From the NCBI GenBank assembly GCA_035625025.1, contig DASPQJ010000054.1, positions 71,764 to 135,763 of the forward strand: a stretch of DNA of 64,000 nucleotides, given 5' to 3'. Positions 36,846 through 48,672 of the stretch are shown one piece after another (the stretch's first letter is position 1; the number at the start of each line of letters is the position of its first letter). This DNA is from Acidimicrobiales bacterium. Lineage in GTDB: Bacteria; Actinomycetota; Acidimicrobiia; Acidimicrobiales; Bog-793. Under the pieces are notes generated by a model that was not told where the DNA came from, ran no database searches, and saw only the letters and a program-made list of their open reading frames with translations. The position numbers were made by a program, and so were the translations under genes.

Positions 36846-39800
36846 GTGAACGAAGCCAAGACCGAACAAGGCTTGTACGATCCGCGCTTTGAGCACGATG
36901 CCTGTGGCATCGCCTTCGTCGCGCAACTCGGACAAGGCCCAAGTCACGAGGTCGTCGAGCTCGCCATCACCGCGCTCGAGAACCTCGCCCATCGTGGGGC
37001 GTTCGGCGCCGATCCCGAGACCGGCGACGGCGCTGGGATCACGGTGCAGATGCCCGACAGGTTCTTTCGCGAGTCGGTCGGAGTCTCTCTTCCTCCGGTC
37101 GGCTCGTACGCAAGCGGGATCGCGTTTCTGCCGCAGGACCCCGAGGAAGCGCGGCGCCGGAGAGAGGAGATCGCGCTACTGGCCGCCGACGAGGATCTGG
37201 AGGTGCTGTGTTGGCGCGAGGTTCCCGTTGAACTCGGCGCGGCGGGAAAGACGGCGGGCGCGATGGCGCCGAGTTTCTGGCAGTTGTTCCTTGGCTCAAA
37301 AGCCTCCGGCTCGCGCCCCGGATTGTCCGGCATGGAACTCGAGCGGCTCGCGTACGCGCTGAGAAAGCGCGCCGAGCACGCGATCACGGATTGCTACTTC
37401 CCGTCGCTCTCGACACGGACCTTTATCTACAAGGGCATGTTGTCGTCGGTGCAGCTGCGGCGGGTCTTTCCCGACCTCTCTGACGCGCGCTTTGCCAGCG
37501 CGCTCGCGCTCGTGCACGCAAGGTTCTCGACGAACACGTTTCCCTCCTGGTCGCTCGCCCATCCCTACCGGCTGATCTCGCACAACGGTGAGATCAACAC
37601 GGTGCAGGGCAACCGCAACTGGATGCGCGCCCGCGAGGCGCAGTTGCGAAGCGACCTCTTCCCCGGCGACATCAACCGTCTGCTGCCGATCATCACCCCC
37701 GGCGGCAGTGACTCCGCGTCTTTCGACGAGGTGCTGGAGCTTCTGCACCTCGGCGGCCGATCGGTGCCACACGCGCTCTTGATGATGATCCCCGAAGCCT
37801 GGGAGAACCACGCCGAGATGGACTCCGCGCGGCGGTCCTTTTACCGCTTCCACGGATGCGTGATGGAACCGTGGGACGGTCCTGCGGCGATGGTCTTCAC
37901 CGACGGCACGCTCATCGGCGCGACCCTCGACCGCAATGGACTCCGCCCGGAGCGTTACTGGGTGACCTCGGACGGCCTCGTCGTGATGGCCTCGGAGGTG
38001 GGCGTCCTCGACATCGCCCCGGAGCGGATCATCAAGAAGGGGCGCCTTCAGCCGGGACGGATGTTCCTCGTCGACACCGGGGCGGGAAGGATCATCGACG
38101 ACGCCGAGGTGAAAGAGAGCCTTGCCGCCGAACATCCCTACGGGGCGTGGCTCGCCGAGAATCTCCTGAGCATCGATGAACTGCCGCACCGCGAGATGCT
38201 CGTGCCGCAGCACGGTTCCCTCGTCCGCCAGCAGCGTCTCTTCGGATACACGGACGAAGAGCTGCGGGTGATCGTCGCGCCAATGGCCCGCGCGGGACTG
38301 GAGCCCACGGGCTCGATGGGTTCGGATACGCCGATCGCCGTACTCTCCGACCGCCCGCGTCTGCTGTTCGAGTACTTTGCGCAGCTTTTCGCCCAGGTGA
38401 CGAATCCCCCGCTCGACGCGATCCGGGAAGAGCTCGTGACGTCGTTGTCGGCGACGATCGGTCCGGAGCAGAACCTTTTGCAGCCCACACAATCGTCTTG
38501 TCGCCAGATCACTCTCGAGTTCCCGATCATCTCCAATGACGACCTCGCCAAGCTGGTCTACGTCAACGAGCGCGGCGAGACGCCAGGTTTCAAGTCTTTC
38601 GTCGTCGACGGCCTGTACGAAGTGGCGGGGGGTGGGGAGGCGCTCGGGCGCGCCCTCGAGCGGATCTGTGCCGAGGTCGTCACGGCGATCGAGGGCGGCG
38701 CGAACGTCATCATCCTCTCGGACCGCCACGCCAGCGTCGCGCTCGCGCCCATCCCGTCCTTGCTGCTCGTCTCGGCGGTCCACCAGCATCTCGTGCGGGA
38801 AAAGTCTCGCGCCCGTGCCGGACTAGTCGTCGAGTCCGGCGACGCCCGGGAGACGCACCACATGGCGCTTCTCGTCAGCTACGGCGCCGCCGCGGTCAAC
38901 CCGTACCTCGCGGTGGACTCGGTAATCGACATGGCGAGACGTGGTCTCATCGATCTGCCGGAGCGTCGGGCCGTGGCTAATTACGTGAAAGCCGCGGGCA
39001 AGGGCGTGTTGAAGGTGATGTCGAAGATGGGCATCTCGACCATCGCCTCGTACACCGGTGCCCAGGTTTTCGAGGCGGTCGGTCTCGACCAGGGCCTCGT
39101 CGACCGTTACTTCACGGGGACGACGAGCAAGCTCGGCGGCGTGGGCCTGGACGTGCTGGCGGAAGAGGTCGCCCGCCGGCACCACTCCGCCTTCAACGGG
39201 CGCCCGGGCGAGCTCGACCACCGCGAGCTCGAAACGGGCGGCGACTACCACTGGCGTCGCGAAGGCGAGTACCACCTCTTGAACCCGAAGACGGTGTTCA
39301 AGCTCCAGCAGGCGACGCGCTCGGGTGACTACGAAGTCTTCAAACAGTACACGCGGCTCGTCGACGACCAGTCGGAGCGGCTGGCGACGCTGCGCGGACT
39401 GTTGCGGCTGCGCACGGGCGAGGGGGCCCCTCGCCAACCGGTGCCGCTCGACGAGGTCGAGCCGGTGGAAGCGATCGTCAAGCATTTCGCCACCGGCGCG
39501 ATGTCCTACGGTTCGATCTCCTCCGAGGCGCACGAAACCCTCGCCGTGGCGATGAACCGCCTCGGCGCCCGATCGAACTCGGGTGAGGGAGGGGAGGACC
39601 CGGCACGCTACGTGCCCGACCCGAACGGCGATTCGCGACGCAGCGCGACGAAGCAGGTCGCCTCGGGTCGCTTCGGCGTGACGAGCGAGTACCTGACGAA
39701 CGCCGACGACCTGCAGATCAAGATGGCCCAGGGTGCCAAGCCCGGCGAGGGTGGCCAGCTCCCGGGCGCGAAGGTTTACCCGTGGATCGCCAAGACCCGG

Positions 39801-41405
39801 TACTCGACACCGGGGGTGGGGCTGATCTCGCCACCTCCGCACCACGACATCTACTCGATCGAAGATCTCGCCCAGTTGATCCACGACCTCAAGAACGCCA
39901 ACAATCGCGCCCGGATCAACGTGAAGCTCGTCGCCGAGGTCGGCGTCGGGACAGTCGCGGCGGGGGTCGCCAAGGCGCACGCCGACGTGGTGCTCATCTC
40001 CGGCGAGGACGGTGGCACCGGGGCGTCGCCGCTCACGTCGATCAAGCACGCCGGCGTTCCCTGGGAGTTGGGCCTCGCCGAGACCCAGCAGACTTTGGTG
40101 CGGAACGCCCTGCGCGATCGCATCGTCGTGCAGGTCGACGGGCAGATGAAGACCGGCCGTGACGTCGTCATCGGGGCATTGCTCGGCGCCGAGGAGTTCG
40201 GTTTCGGGACCGCGCCGCTTGTCGTGCTGGGGTGCGTGATGATGCGGGTCTGCCACCTCGACACTTGTCCGGTCGGGATCGCGACCCAGAACCGGGAGCT
40301 GCGCAAGCGCTTCGCGGGGCGCCCGGAGTACGTCGAGACCTTCTTCACCTTCATCGCCCGAGAGGTGCGGGAGTATCTCGCGCAACTGGGTTTCCGCACC
40401 CTCGACCAGGCCGTCGGGCACGTCGAGTGCCTCGACGTCGAACCGGCCGTGAAGCACTGGAAGGCCGCCGGCCTCGACCTGCGGCCGTTGCTCACCCGGG
40501 TCGAGCCCTATCTCGGCACGACCGAGCTCCACCAGGTGCGCGCCCAGGACCACGGCCTCGACCGGGCGCTCGACAACGAGCTGCTCGAGCTGGCGAAGCC
40601 GGCTCTCGAGCGGGGAGAACCGGTCGAGATCTCGCTCCCGGTACGGAACGTGCACCGCACAGTCGGCACGATGCTCGGTGCCGAAGTGACCCGGCGCTAC
40701 GGAGGTGCGGGCCTGCCCCCGGGCACGATCAAGATCACGTTGTCCGGCTCGGGCGGTCAAAGCTTCGGCGCGTTCATCCCCTCCGGCGTTGAGATCGTCC
40801 TGTACGGGGACACCAACGACTACCTGGCCAAGGGCCTCTCCGGCGGCACTGTCGTCGTCCGTCCGCCAGTCGGCGCCGGTTTCGTCGCCGAGGAGAACAT
40901 CATCGCTGGAAACGTCTGCGCCTACGGGGCGACGGGTGGCGAGTTGTTCATTGCCGGACAGGTCGGCGAGCGCTTCTGCGTCCGCAACTCAGGCGCGACG
41001 GCGGTGGTCGAAGGCGTCGGTGACCACGGATGCGAGTACATGACGGGGGGCCGTGCCGTCGTGCTCGGGCCCACCGGCCGCAACTTCGCGGCCGGAATGT
41101 CGGGCGGTCTCGCCTACGTCTGGGACCCCGAGGACCTGCTGACGCGGCGCCTCAACCGCCAGATGGTTGACCTCGAGCCGCTCGACGACGAGGACCGGGC
41201 ATTCCTGGCCGCGGTGATCACGCGCCATAGGGAGCTCACCGGCTCGGAACTGGGGGCACGCCTCGTCGCCCGGATGCCCGAGGTCATCGGCGAGTTCAAG
41301 AAGATCATGCCTTTCGATTATCGCCGGGTGATCGAGGCGACGCGGCGGGCCGTGGCGAGCGGGGAGTCGGTCGACGACGCGGTCATGGCGGCGGCGCATG
41401 GCTGA
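36846..41405 (+). CDS. gltB: Glutamate synthase (NADPH) large subunit
   Basis: Ntn amidotransferase start ..[20 protein letters not shown].., then FMN/Fe-S and GXGXG domains over about 1520 codons. GTG 36846 gives a propeptide length similar to homologs; the track ORF begins at 36783. Confidence 0.96.
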   Translation: MNEAKTEQGLYDPRFEHDACGIAFVAQLGQGPSHEVVELAITALENLAHRGAFGADPETGDGAGITVQMPDRFFRESVGVSLPPVGSYASGIAFLPQDPEEARRRREEIALLAADEDLEVLCWREVPVELGAAGKTAGAMAPSFWQLFLGSKASGSRPGLSGMELERLAYALRKRAEHAITDCYFPSLSTRTFIYKGMLSSVQLRRVFPDLSDARFASALALVHARFSTNTFPSWSLAHPYRLISHNGEINTVQGNRNWMRAREAQLRSDLFPGDINRLLPIITPGGSDSASFDEVLELLHLGGRSVPHALLMMIPEAWENHAEMDSARRSFYRFHGCVMEPWDGPAAMVFTDGTLIGATLDRNGLRPERYWVTSDGLVVMASEVGVLDIAPERIIKKGRLQPGRMFLVDTGAGRIIDDAEVKESLAAEHPYGAWLAENLLSIDELPHREMLVPQHGSLVRQQRLFGYTDEELRVIVAPMARAGLEPTGSMGSDTPIAVLSDRPRLLFEYFAQLFAQVTNPPLDAIREELVTSLSATIGPEQNLLQPTQSSCRQITLEFPIISNDDLAKLVYVNERGETPGFKSFVVDGLYEVAGGGEALGRALERICAEVVTAIEGGANVIILSDRHASVALAPIPSLLLVSAVHQHLVREKSRARAGLVVESGDARETHHMALLVSYGAAAVNPYLAVDSVIDMARRGLIDLPERRAVANYVKAAGKGVLKVMSKMGISTIASYTGAQVFEAVGLDQGLVDRYFTGTTSKLGGVGLDVLAEEVARRHHSAFNGRPGELDHRELETGGDYHWRREGEYHLLNPKTVFKLQQATRSGDYEVFKQYTRLVDDQSERLATLRGLLRLRTGEGAPRQPVPLDEVEPVEAIVKHFATGAMSYGSISSEAHETLAVAMNRLGARSNSGEGGEDPARYVPDPNGDSRRSATKQVASGRFGVTSEYLTNADDLQIKMAQGAKPGEGGQLPGAKVYPWIAKTRYSTPGVGLISPPPHHDIYSIEDLAQLIHDLKNANNRARINVKLVAEVGVGTVAAGVAKAHADVVLISGEDGGTGASPLTSIKHAGVPWELGLAETQQTLVRNALRDRIVVQVDGQMKTGRDVVIGALLGAEEFGFGTAPLVVLGCVMMRVCHLDTCPVGIATQNRELRKRFAGRPEYVETFFTFIAREVREYLAQLGFRTLDQAVGHVECLDVEPAVKHWKAAGLDLRPLLTRVEPYLGTTELHQVRAQDHGLDRALDNELLELAKPALERGEPVEISLPVRNVHRTVGTMLGAEVTRRYGGAGLPPGTIKITLSGSGGQSFGAFIPSGVEIVLYGDTNDYLAKGLSGGTVVVRPPVGAGFVAEENIIAGNVCAYGATGGELFIAGQVGERFCVRNSGATAVVEGVGDHGCEYMTGGRAVVLGPTGRNFAAGMSGGLAYVWDPEDLLTRRLNRQMVDLEPLDDEDRAFLAAVITRHRELTGSELGARLVARMPEVIGEFKKIMPFDYRRVIEATRRAVASGESVDDAVMAAAHG

Positions 41406-42888
41406 CCCCCGGGGCTTTCTGAGTTTCGAGCGACGGGGGCCCGCGCGGCGCCCTGTCGCGGAGCGGATCCACGACTGGCGGGAGATCTACTTGCCGTTCG
41501 CGCCGGAGGCGCTGCGTGTCCAGGCGGCGCGCTGTATGGACTGCGGGATCCCCTTCTGCCACCAGGGTTGCCCGCTCGGCAACCTGATCCCGGAGTGGAA
41601 CGACCTCGTTTACCGCGACGAGATGGCCCAAGCGGCGGACCGCCTGCACGCGACGAACAACTTCCCGGAATTCACGGGCAGGCTGTGCCCGGCCCCATGC
41701 GAGGGCGCCTGTGTCCTGGGAATCAACGCCGACCCGGTGTCGATCAAACAGGTCGAGTTCGAGATCGCCGAATGGGCGACGGCGGATCTCAGACCGCAAC
41801 TCGTGTCGCCCGCGACAGGCCGGCGAGTCGCCGTCGTCGGATCGGGTCCCGCTGGATTGGCCGCCGCCCAGCAGCTCACCCGGGCGGGTCATGACGTCGT
41901 CGTCTACGAGCGAGCCGAGCGCCTCGGCGGACTGATCCGCTACGGGGTGCCCGAGTTCAAGCTGGAAAAGGCGGCGATCGACCGCCGGATCGAGCAGATG
42001 CGAGCCGAGGGCACGCGCTTCGAGGCGCGGACCGCGATCGGCGAGGGATCTGTCGGCGAAGTCCCCGGGACGGCCGCGCCGGACGCGCGGATCATCTCGG
42101 CTCGCGAGCTACGCGCGACCCACGACGCAGTCGTGCTCGCGGTCGGCTCGACGAAGCCGCGTGATCTGCCTGTTCCCGGTCGGCAGCTCGCCGGAGTCCA
42201 TTTCGCGATGGACTTCTTGAAAGGGGCCAACCTCGTCTGCGAGGGTGCGATACCCCGAGCACCGATCGACGCCGCCGGCAAGCGCGTCGTCATCCTCGGC
42301 GGGGGCGACACGGGGGCCGACTGCCTCGGGACCGTGCATCGCCAGGGTGCGTCGTCGGTCGACCAGGTCGAGATCCTGCCCGAGCCGCCCGGGACCCGGG
42401 CGCCAGACAACCCCTGGCCGACCTGGCCGAGGACGCTCCACCTCGCGGCAGCCCACGAAGAAGGCGGCGAACGGCTCTACTCCCTCGCCACGTCCTCGTT
42501 CGCCGATGACGGCGCCGGCGCGGTGGCGGCGCTCCTCGTCGACTCGGTGCGGTACGCCGAAGGCCGATTTGAGGTCGTCGACGGGACGCGCCGGAAGATT
42601 GCGGCCGACCTCGTATTGCTGGCTCTCGGTTTCACGGGTCCGGAGCAGAGCGGCGTCGTCGGCGAACTCGGACTGGCACTGAACGAACGCCAGAACGTCG
42701 CAGTCGACGGCGACTTCATGACGAGCGTCGACGGCGTCTTCGCCTGCGGCGACATGGCCCGGGGGCAGAGCCTCGTCGTCTGGGCAGTCGCCGAGGGCCG
42801 CTCCGCCGCGGCGGCGGTCGACACCTATCTCATGGGATCGACCGATCTGCCCTGGCCTCTGCGGCCGGGTGAGGTGGCGCTCGCCTGA
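41398..42888 (+). CDS. gltD: Glutamate synthase (NADPH) small subunit
   Basis: Fe-S cysteines ..[21 protein letters not shown].. and the dinucleotide motif [15 protein letters not shown]. The start overlaps the gltB stop as ATGGCTGA. Confidence 0.96.
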   Translation: MADPRGFLSFERRGPARRPVAERIHDWREIYLPFAPEALRVQAARCMDCGIPFCHQGCPLGNLIPEWNDLVYRDEMAQAADRLHATNNFPEFTGRLCPAPCEGACVLGINADPVSIKQVEFEIAEWATADLRPQLVSPATGRRVAVVGSGPAGLAAAQQLTRAGHDVVVYERAERLGGLIRYGVPEFKLEKAAIDRRIEQMRAEGTRFEARTAIGEGSVGEVPGTAAPDARIISARELRATHDAVVLAVGSTKPRDLPVPGRQLAGVHFAMDFLKGANLVCEGAIPRAPIDAAGKRVVILGGGDTGADCLGTVHRQGASSVDQVEILPEPPGTRAPDNPWPTWPRTLHLAAAHEEGGERLYSLATSSFADDGAGAVAALLVDSVRYAEGRFEVVDGTRRKIAADLVLLALGFTGPEQSGVVGELGLALNERQNVAVDGDFMTSVDGVFACGDMARGQSLVVWAVAEGRSAAAAVDTYLMGSTDLPWPLRPGEVALA

Positions 42889-43009
42889 GACGGGTCGGCC
42901 GGGAGATCGTCCGGTTCGCCGAGATCGGAGCGAGTGGGCCCGGTGGATCTGTTGGCAACGCGGCAGACAGCCGTCGTGCGACGGGGTTGACGAGGGAAGA
43001 CCATGTCGT

Positions 43010-43893
43010 GTGGCGCGGGGGGTTCGCACGGCGTTCGGGAACGCGGTGGCCGTCCTGCTCGCCTCGACCTGGGCGGGGTCCCCCGGCGGCGGCCTGGGCC
43101 ACCGGCTCCGTTCGTTGGGACGTCGCGCGCCCTTCTTCCGCCGGGGGCGCCGCGGCTTGACCCGTCGGCGCCGCCGGGCAATCCGTTCGCGACGACGACT
43201 ATCGCGCCGACCTGCGCAGTCGCCAGGGCAACATCACGGCCGCGCTGTACGACTCCGAGAATCGCGAGCTCCACCTGCCGACCCGGGGTCAGGGAACAGA
43301 CGGCGAGCATCGGGAGGGTCGACATCCTCGTCACGCTGCTCCACGAGGAGCGGGCCGCCTTTCACCCGCTCGACGAGGACGACGAGGCTCTCGCCACCGG
43401 GATGATCGAGGCGCGCGCCAACGACGAAGCCACGGATTTGCGGGGCGCGGCGGGCGGTAGCGGGGCGATCGCGTGCTTTGACGCGCTCGCCGGATTCACC
43501 GACACGACGCCGGACACGGAAGTTGCTGGGGCGAGACGACGATGGCGCTCGGCCAAGTCAGGCTGCTCGAGCGTCTCGTGGTGGCGAATGCGCTCCTCGA
43601 TTCCGCCTCGCGGACCTACGAGCTCGGGCGGAGGGAGAACGTGATCACGTCCGTCGCTGGGACGTGTGTGCCGGACCCCCGGCGAGCGTGTCGGTCGCGT
43701 CAAATAACGGCTGGGTCCCGATCGTCGCGGGTAACTGGCAGATCAACGGCATCGGCCACGTCGACGGTCAGGGCCGCGCCTAGCTCGTCGCCGTGCGCAG
43801 CAACGAGACCGCGACCGAGGCCTACGGGATCACGACGATCGAGGGGATCTCGCGGGTCCTCTGGTCCCGGCTCGCTATCCCCCGGCCGCGGTA
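43010..43893 (+). pseudogene. Decayed secreted serine hydrolase / class A beta-lactamase-like (LpqF-type) gene
   Basis: Homology-like segments are split over three frames. They are: a signal-like ..TAFGNAVAVLLASTWAG..; ..ADLRSRQGNITAALYDSENRELHL..; ..TASIGRVDILVTLLHE..ATGMIEARANDEATDL.. (SxxK as SIGR, SDN as AND); ..GETTMALGQVRLLERLVVANALLDSASRTYEL..; and ..VSVASNNGWVPIVAGNWQINGIGHVDGQGRA-TAG-LVAVRSNETATEAYGITTIEGISRVLW... I see at least three frameshifts and one in-frame TAG (43781-43783). Confidence 0.55.
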
Positions 43894-44339
43894 GCTGTGG
43901 TTCCGCCCGCGAGGAGCTCGTCGGTCGCCGGATCGGCTTCGCCCCCGAAGTGGAGTTCGAGCACTCGCCGGAAGCTCGGTTCGGCGGGCGCCGCCCGCAG
44001 GAACAGCGTCATCGACGAGCGCAGTTTCATGGCGTCGATCGCACCGAAGATCTCGGGAGCTCTCGCCGCGGCGCCCGCGACGAGAACTTCGCAGCAGGCG
44101 ACAAGGCGCGGGCCGAGGATTGGGTGCGCGAGGTAAGCCTTGGCCTCTTCAAGCGAGGAGATCGCGAAGTACTGGGACGTCGCGCTCTTGCCGAGACCGG
44201 CGATCTGGGGGAAGACAAACCACATCCAGTGGCCGGTCTTGTGGCCCCGGCGCAGTTCGTCGAGGGCTCGTTCGAAGGTGGCCGCGCGATCCTGAGCCCG
44301 CACGAAGCGTTCGAGTTTGCCGGGATCGTCACCTGTCAT
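43875..44339 (-). CDS. DUF1810 family protein
   Basis: ..LERFVRAQDRAATFERALDELRRGHKTGHWMWFVFPQIAGLGKSATSQYFAISSLEEAKAYLAHPILGPRL.. matches the DUF1810 signature (HWMWfvFPQ..GLG.S). Confidence 0.85.
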   Translation of the reverse strand: MTGDDPGKLERFVRAQDRAATFERALDELRRGHKTGHWMWFVFPQIAGLGKSATSQYFAISSLEEAKAYLAHPILGPRLVACCEVLVAGAAARAPEIFGAIDAMKLRSSMTLFLRAAPAEPSFRRVLELHFGGEADPATDELLAGGTTATAAGG

Positions 44340-44701
44340 CGGGCGGGTGCGCGCCGGATCGGCACTGTCGCATCGCTCGCCTCCTCAGCGGGGAAATGGA
44401 TGGCGAGCCAGCGGGTACCAGGGTTGGCGCGGACGAGACGGTGCGGCGTGTGCCAGGGGAGGAACACCCAGTCCCCTGGATCGAGCGAGAGGCGTTCGTT
44501 GTCGATCTCAAGTTCGGCACCACCGTCCACCAGGACGACCCACTCGTCGTGGTCCTGATCGAATTCGATTGGTGCGGCGAGCTCGCCGCTCAGGATCTGC
44601 TCGATCACCACGCCGTGCAGCTGGAAGAGCTCATCGGTTCGCTCACCGTTGACAGGTGCGAGGGACGAGTCGACGAGGTGACCACGACGGAATGCCGACA
44701 T
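44336..44701 (-). CDS. Cupin domain protein
   Basis: 121-aa ORF with ..HDEWVVLVDGGAELEI..LDPGDWVFLPWHTPHRL.. (cupin_2-like). It is coupled to the DUF1810 gene by an ATGA overlap. Confidence 0.75.
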   Translation of the reverse strand: MSAFRRGHLVDSSLAPVNGERTDELFQLHGVVIEQILSGELAAPIEFDQDHDEWVVLVDGGAELEIDNERLSLDPGDWVFLPWHTPHRLVRANPGTRWLAIHFPAEEASDATVPIRRAPAR

Positions 44702-44865
44702 GGTCCGAGGTTACGCCGGCGTGGCGCGCAATGGGCCGGTCAAGCGCGAGGCGCTCTTGCCCGAGGGAGGGAAGGCAGTGTTTCCCACCGGTCACGGCGA
44801 CACCGGATAGATTCCGTGCGAATTCGCCCGCGCCGATCGGAGAAGACCACCGCGTGCACGACCCG

Positions 44866-46197
44866 ATGCGTAAGCCCGTGCCGCGCCGCCGCGCCAAGAT
44901 CCCGGCAAATCGTCGGGTTTCGCGGGCCGTCTATCGGCGGCGCCGGATAGTGGTCGCGGCCTGCGCCTTGACGATCTTGGGGCTTGCGATCGGCGTCCCG
45001 GTTTGGTCGATCGGCACCAACCACGGGGCCGGAACCGGTGGGACCCCAACGGCGATGGGGGCGGCGGGGCAAGCCAGAACGGGAGCGAGCCGCATCGACA
45101 AGATCGCAGTCGTCCCAGGCCTGAGGCCCGTTTTCACCTGGCCGAAGGTGGGACAAGCGGCGGTCGCGGTGCGGGGAGTCGGCATCGTCGGCCGGTCGGC
45201 ACGGGAGCGACCGGTCCCAATCGCCAGCCTCACGAAGATGATGACGGCCTTCGTCATTCTCTACGACCACCCGCTCGCGTCGGGCGAATCCGGCCCGTCG
45301 GTCCTGATCACTCCGGCCGACGTCGGGACGTGGGAGGCAGAGGCCGTCGCTGGGGACAGCACCGTGAAAGTCGCCGCGGGTGAGAGCCTTTCCGAGTACC
45401 AGCTCCTTGAGGCACTTCTCGTTCCTTCCGGGGACAACATCGCCGACCTGCTGGCGACCTGGGACGCGGGGAGTGTCGGGAGGTTCGTCGAGAAGATGAA
45501 CACGATGGCGAAGATCCTCGGACTCACCTCGACGCACTACGCCGACGCGAGCGGAATCGACGCCTCGTCGGTCAGCACTGCGGCCGACCAGGCGAGACTC
45601 GCCGCCGACCTGATGGGCAGCACGGTCGTCCGCGCCATCGTCCGCAAGCGGCATTTCGCGTTCCCCGTCGCGAAGAGCCTGTGGAACGCCAACCCGGCTC
45701 TCGGCACCGACGGGATCATCGGCGTCAAGTCGGGCTGGACCTTCGCGGCGAACAGTTGCCTCGTCACGGCCGCCTTCCGCACCGTGCGACACCACGGAGT
45801 TCTCGTCGTCGCGGCCGTGCTCGGCCAACCGGGCGGCCTGGTGGACGCGACAGTCGTCGACGAGGATCTTCTGCGGGTGACGACGGGCGCGCTCGTGGCC
45901 TACAGGGTCGCCGCGGCGGGGGCGAAGGTCACTACCGTCGCCCTGCCGAAAGCCGCGGGAAAAGTGGTTCTCGTCGCGCCGCGCCAACCGAGCTTCGCGA
46001 CGGCCTGGCGCGGACTGAAGCTCACCGAAAGGATCAGCAGCAGCACTGGCTTGTCGTCGAGTGTGCTCGCCACGGAACGCGTCGGCACGATCGTCGCTGA
46101 GCTGGAAGTCGTCGCGCCGTGGGGCGTCATCGGGCGATTTCCCTTGCGAGTTGACGTCGTAAGGGAAACGGCGTCGGGACCGACGGGAAGTGGTTAG
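44866..46197 (+). CDS. D-alanyl-D-alanine carboxypeptidase (peptidase S11, PBP5-like) with N-terminal TM anchor
   Basis: SxxK (IASLTKMMT), SxN (PSGDNIA) and KTG-like (VKSGWT) motifs in the correct order, plus a TM segment IVVAACALTILGLAIGV. The start is ATG 44866 or GTG 44854; the track ORF is over-extended to 44656. Confidence 0.88.
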   Translation: MRKPVPRRRAKIPANRRVSRAVYRRRRIVVAACALTILGLAIGVPVWSIGTNHGAGTGGTPTAMGAAGQARTGASRIDKIAVVPGLRPVFTWPKVGQAAVAVRGVGIVGRSARERPVPIASLTKMMTAFVILYDHPLASGESGPSVLITPADVGTWEAEAVAGDSTVKVAAGESLSEYQLLEALLVPSGDNIADLLATWDAGSVGRFVEKMNTMAKILGLTSTHYADASGIDASSVSTAADQARLAADLMGSTVVRAIVRKRHFAFPVAKSLWNANPALGTDGIIGVKSGWTFAANSCLVTAAFRTVRHHGVLVVAAVLGQPGGLVDATVVDEDLLRVTTGALVAYRVAAAGAKVTTVALPKAAGKVVLVAPRQPSFATAWRGLKLTERISSSTGLSSSVLATERVGTIVAELEVVAPWGVIGRFPLRVDVVRETASGPTGSG

Positions 46198-46506
46198 TAG
46201 CGGTTCGCAGCCGCTCTGCGGGGCGCGGGTCGGCGTGCCGCCCGGCGGTGGCAGGGTGGTGGCTGGGGCAAGCTCTGGTCGCGGCGACCGCTGGCGCGGA
46301 TTCGCCGGTGACGGGTCCGTCCTATCTGACGGTTGGTCCACGGACCCAGTGTCTTCGATCTCGAATAAGGGCTCTCTCTGACCGCCTCAGGTGGCGGCGA
46401 GGCCGCGCTTTGCGGACGATGGCGCGAACGGCGCAGCTGACCTCGGCGTCAGCTCGCGGGTGCGACGACAGCGCCGCGAGACCGCGAGTCCACCTCACCG
46501 GCGAGC

Positions 46507-48585
46507 TCAGGGCGACGAAAGGTCGTTAACCGAGAGCGACCACACTGAGGTGTGACCGCGCCCGGGGGTCCAGATCCGAATCTCGACGTTGTCCGAGTCC
46601 CGAGGCGGCACCGGCTCGTAGCGGAAGATGGCGGACCCCCTCTCGCTCGCCGGGGTTTGGGGCATCGGCACGCCGAACGGCAGGAGCACCTGCTCGGCTC
46701 GGGGGGAGCGGACGATCTGACGAGCGAGCAGTTCGTCGCCTCGCGCCGAGTCCTCCCAGACTTCAACGTTGACTGGCACCGTAGATGACAATTTCACGTC
46801 TGCCGCGTACCGGCCCTGGGCCAGGGCCCATTCGTCTCCGGAAACGACGTAACCCTTCGGGCCCGTCGATTTCGCAAGCCACGTCGCCTCGGGACCGTTC
46901 TGGACCGGCCGGGCCGCGACGCCGACACTCGTCCACGCCGGCACGGCGGTATCCGGCCCGCCGAGCGAGACGGAGCGAATCCCCGAGGGCACGTTCCAGC
47001 GGATCACCCAGACGCCGTCGTCTTCTGCGGTTAGCCGCGCGCCGGCCAAGCGCGCGACGGTCCCGATCGACCCTTCGGTAGTGGCTGTGCTCGGGACCTC
47101 GATGCCCTGGTTCGGCGACAGGACGAACCACACCACTGTGCTCTTCACGGGGAACCTCTCGCTAGCGAGGAATCCGCTTTGGGGATTTCCGTAGACGTAG
47201 AGGTACTGGCGCGCGGCGAAGCTGCCGACGAAACCCTGCGAAGCGATGACCTCGGCGTTCGGGGGGATTTCTCGCGCGGTCTGGCGTATCGTGGCGGCCG
47301 CTTCAGCGTCGACGCGAACGAATTGGTTTTCCGTGTCGGGGAACCAGAGCGCGAACCAGGCCAGCGCATTAACGACGATGATGCCCGCGAGCAATCCTCC
47401 CAAGATCTGGCGCCGGCGGAGGAGTGCCGCGACGATCAACGCGCTTGCCACCGCGAGCGCCGCGTAGACGATGAGGTTCGAGAATCCCGGATAGCTGAAC
47501 TGCTGGTTGTTGATGACGCTGTTCTCGAGCAGCGTCGGCACGGACAGGAAAAAGCCGACAGCCGCGAAAAGCCCGACGAAACCGACGGGCGCGGTGTTCG
47601 CCCAAAGATTCCACCCGTGCGTCGCCACGACTCGGAGCACCGTCGCCAGATGCAGGACGGCATGAACTGCATACCCGGTGAGCTCCACGGTGCCGTGAGA
47701 GCGGGAGGACGTCCCGACTAAGTAGCTAAGTCCCTCGCTGACGACACTCGACCCTGACGAAATCAGCCGGGTCGCCTGCATGGCATCGAGGACGAACAAC
47801 CACGCGATCCCGAGTGCGCCGATCACTGCGGGGATGGTCAGGGTCTGAAGGATCGAGGTGGGAGTTTCGGCTCCGGCGCGACGCTCTGTGTGCCGCCGCA
47901 TCAGGAGGACCGCGACCCCGCAAAGGCCGATGCTGATCACGTAGACGGTCTCTGCCGCGCCGCAAAAGGCCGTAAGCAGGCTCCAGATCCACACGGTCTT
48001 GCGTCGTTGTAACAGCGCCCGCAGGGCCAAGATCGCAAAGAACACACCGAAGGGCTCCATCTGAACGGCAAACGACACCGACCAGTAGACCCAGGGGTCG
48101 AACACAAGGAGAATCACCGTCAAGGTCCATCCGACGCCCGCGACGACGCGATCGCGACGCGGCCGCCCTTCCGTCCAGGGGAGCAGTTCGCCGATCCACC
48201 GGTAGCACACCACGGATGTGCCGAAGTAGGCGAGATCCTGCAACCACCAGAAACCGAGCAGGTGGTTCGGGAACAGCCAGTACAGCGGCGCGAGGAGGTA
48301 GACGATGAACTCGCCGTCGTTCTGCCAGAACGGGATCGAGCCGGTCATCACGGTGCTTCTCACGAGCAGGTGGCCGTGGGCGATCTCGTACCAGGCCTGG
48401 TAGTAGATCGCGTAGTCCCACGACATGCTCGCCCGGTCGACGAGGACGGTGCTCCACCAGAGGAGGCCTACGAGCTGCCCGGCGATGAGCAACCAGCCGA
48501 AACCGCGCAGGCAGGTCTTGAGGCGTTGCGGACCGGCGGGCCTTCTTGTGGTGCGCGGTCCGACGATGGATGGCGGATTTGTCAT
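46507..48585 (-). CDS. Large polytopic membrane protein (DUF2079-like) with C-terminal extracytoplasmic domain
   Basis: 692-aa ORF. The N-terminal ~430 aa contain many TM helices and the motif ..SMSWDYAIYYQAWYEIAHGH..FWQNDGEFIVYLLAPLYWLFPN..WLQDLA.., reminiscent of DUF2079. The soluble C-terminal ~250 aa have no recognisable family. The family call is tentative. Confidence 0.55.
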   Translation of the reverse strand: MTNPPSIVGPRTTRRPAGPQRLKTCLRGFGWLLIAGQLVGLLWWSTVLVDRASMSWDYAIYYQAWYEIAHGHLLVRSTVMTGSIPFWQNDGEFIVYLLAPLYWLFPNHLLGFWWLQDLAYFGTSVVCYRWIGELLPWTEGRPRRDRVVAGVGWTLTVILLVFDPWVYWSVSFAVQMEPFGVFFAILALRALLQRRKTVWIWSLLTAFCGAAETVYVISIGLCGVAVLLMRRHTERRAGAETPTSILQTLTIPAVIGALGIAWLFVLDAMQATRLISSGSSVVSEGLSYLVGTSSRSHGTVELTGYAVHAVLHLATVLRVVATHGWNLWANTAPVGFVGLFAAVGFFLSVPTLLENSVINNQQFSYPGFSNLIVYAALAVASALIVAALLRRRQILGGLLAGIIVVNALAWFALWFPDTENQFVRVDAEAAATIRQTAREIPPNAEVIASQGFVGSFAARQYLYVYGNPQSGFLASERFPVKSTVVWFVLSPNQGIEVPSTATTEGSIGTVARLAGARLTAEDDGVWVIRWNVPSGIRSVSLGGPDTAVPAWTSVGVAARPVQNGPEATWLAKSTGPKGYVVSGDEWALAQGRYAADVKLSSTVPVNVEVWEDSARGDELLARQIVRSPRAEQVLLPFGVPMPQTPASERGSAIFRYEPVPPRDSDNVEIRIWTPGRGHTSVWSLSVNDLSSP

Positions 48586-48672
48586 TCAAGCCATCCGGTG
48601 TTTCGGTATCTGTCACGGGTCGGCCTGGTCGTTGGAACAGCCGCCTGCTGCCACCCCCCCGATATCACCGTG

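Noticed and set aside
35166-36992. 608-aa minus-strand ORF
   Set aside because: It is antisense to the ammonium transporter. It is rich in charged residues, whereas the plus frame encodes canonical Amt TM helices.
37296-40760. 497-aa and 645-aa minus-strand ORFs (37296..38789, 38823..40760)
   Set aside because: Both are antisense to gltB, whose plus-strand frame is continuous and full of GOGAT motifs.
44740-46341. 533-aa minus-strand ORF
   Set aside because: It is antisense to the D,D-carboxypeptidase gene, which has ordered SxxK/SxN/KTG motifs.
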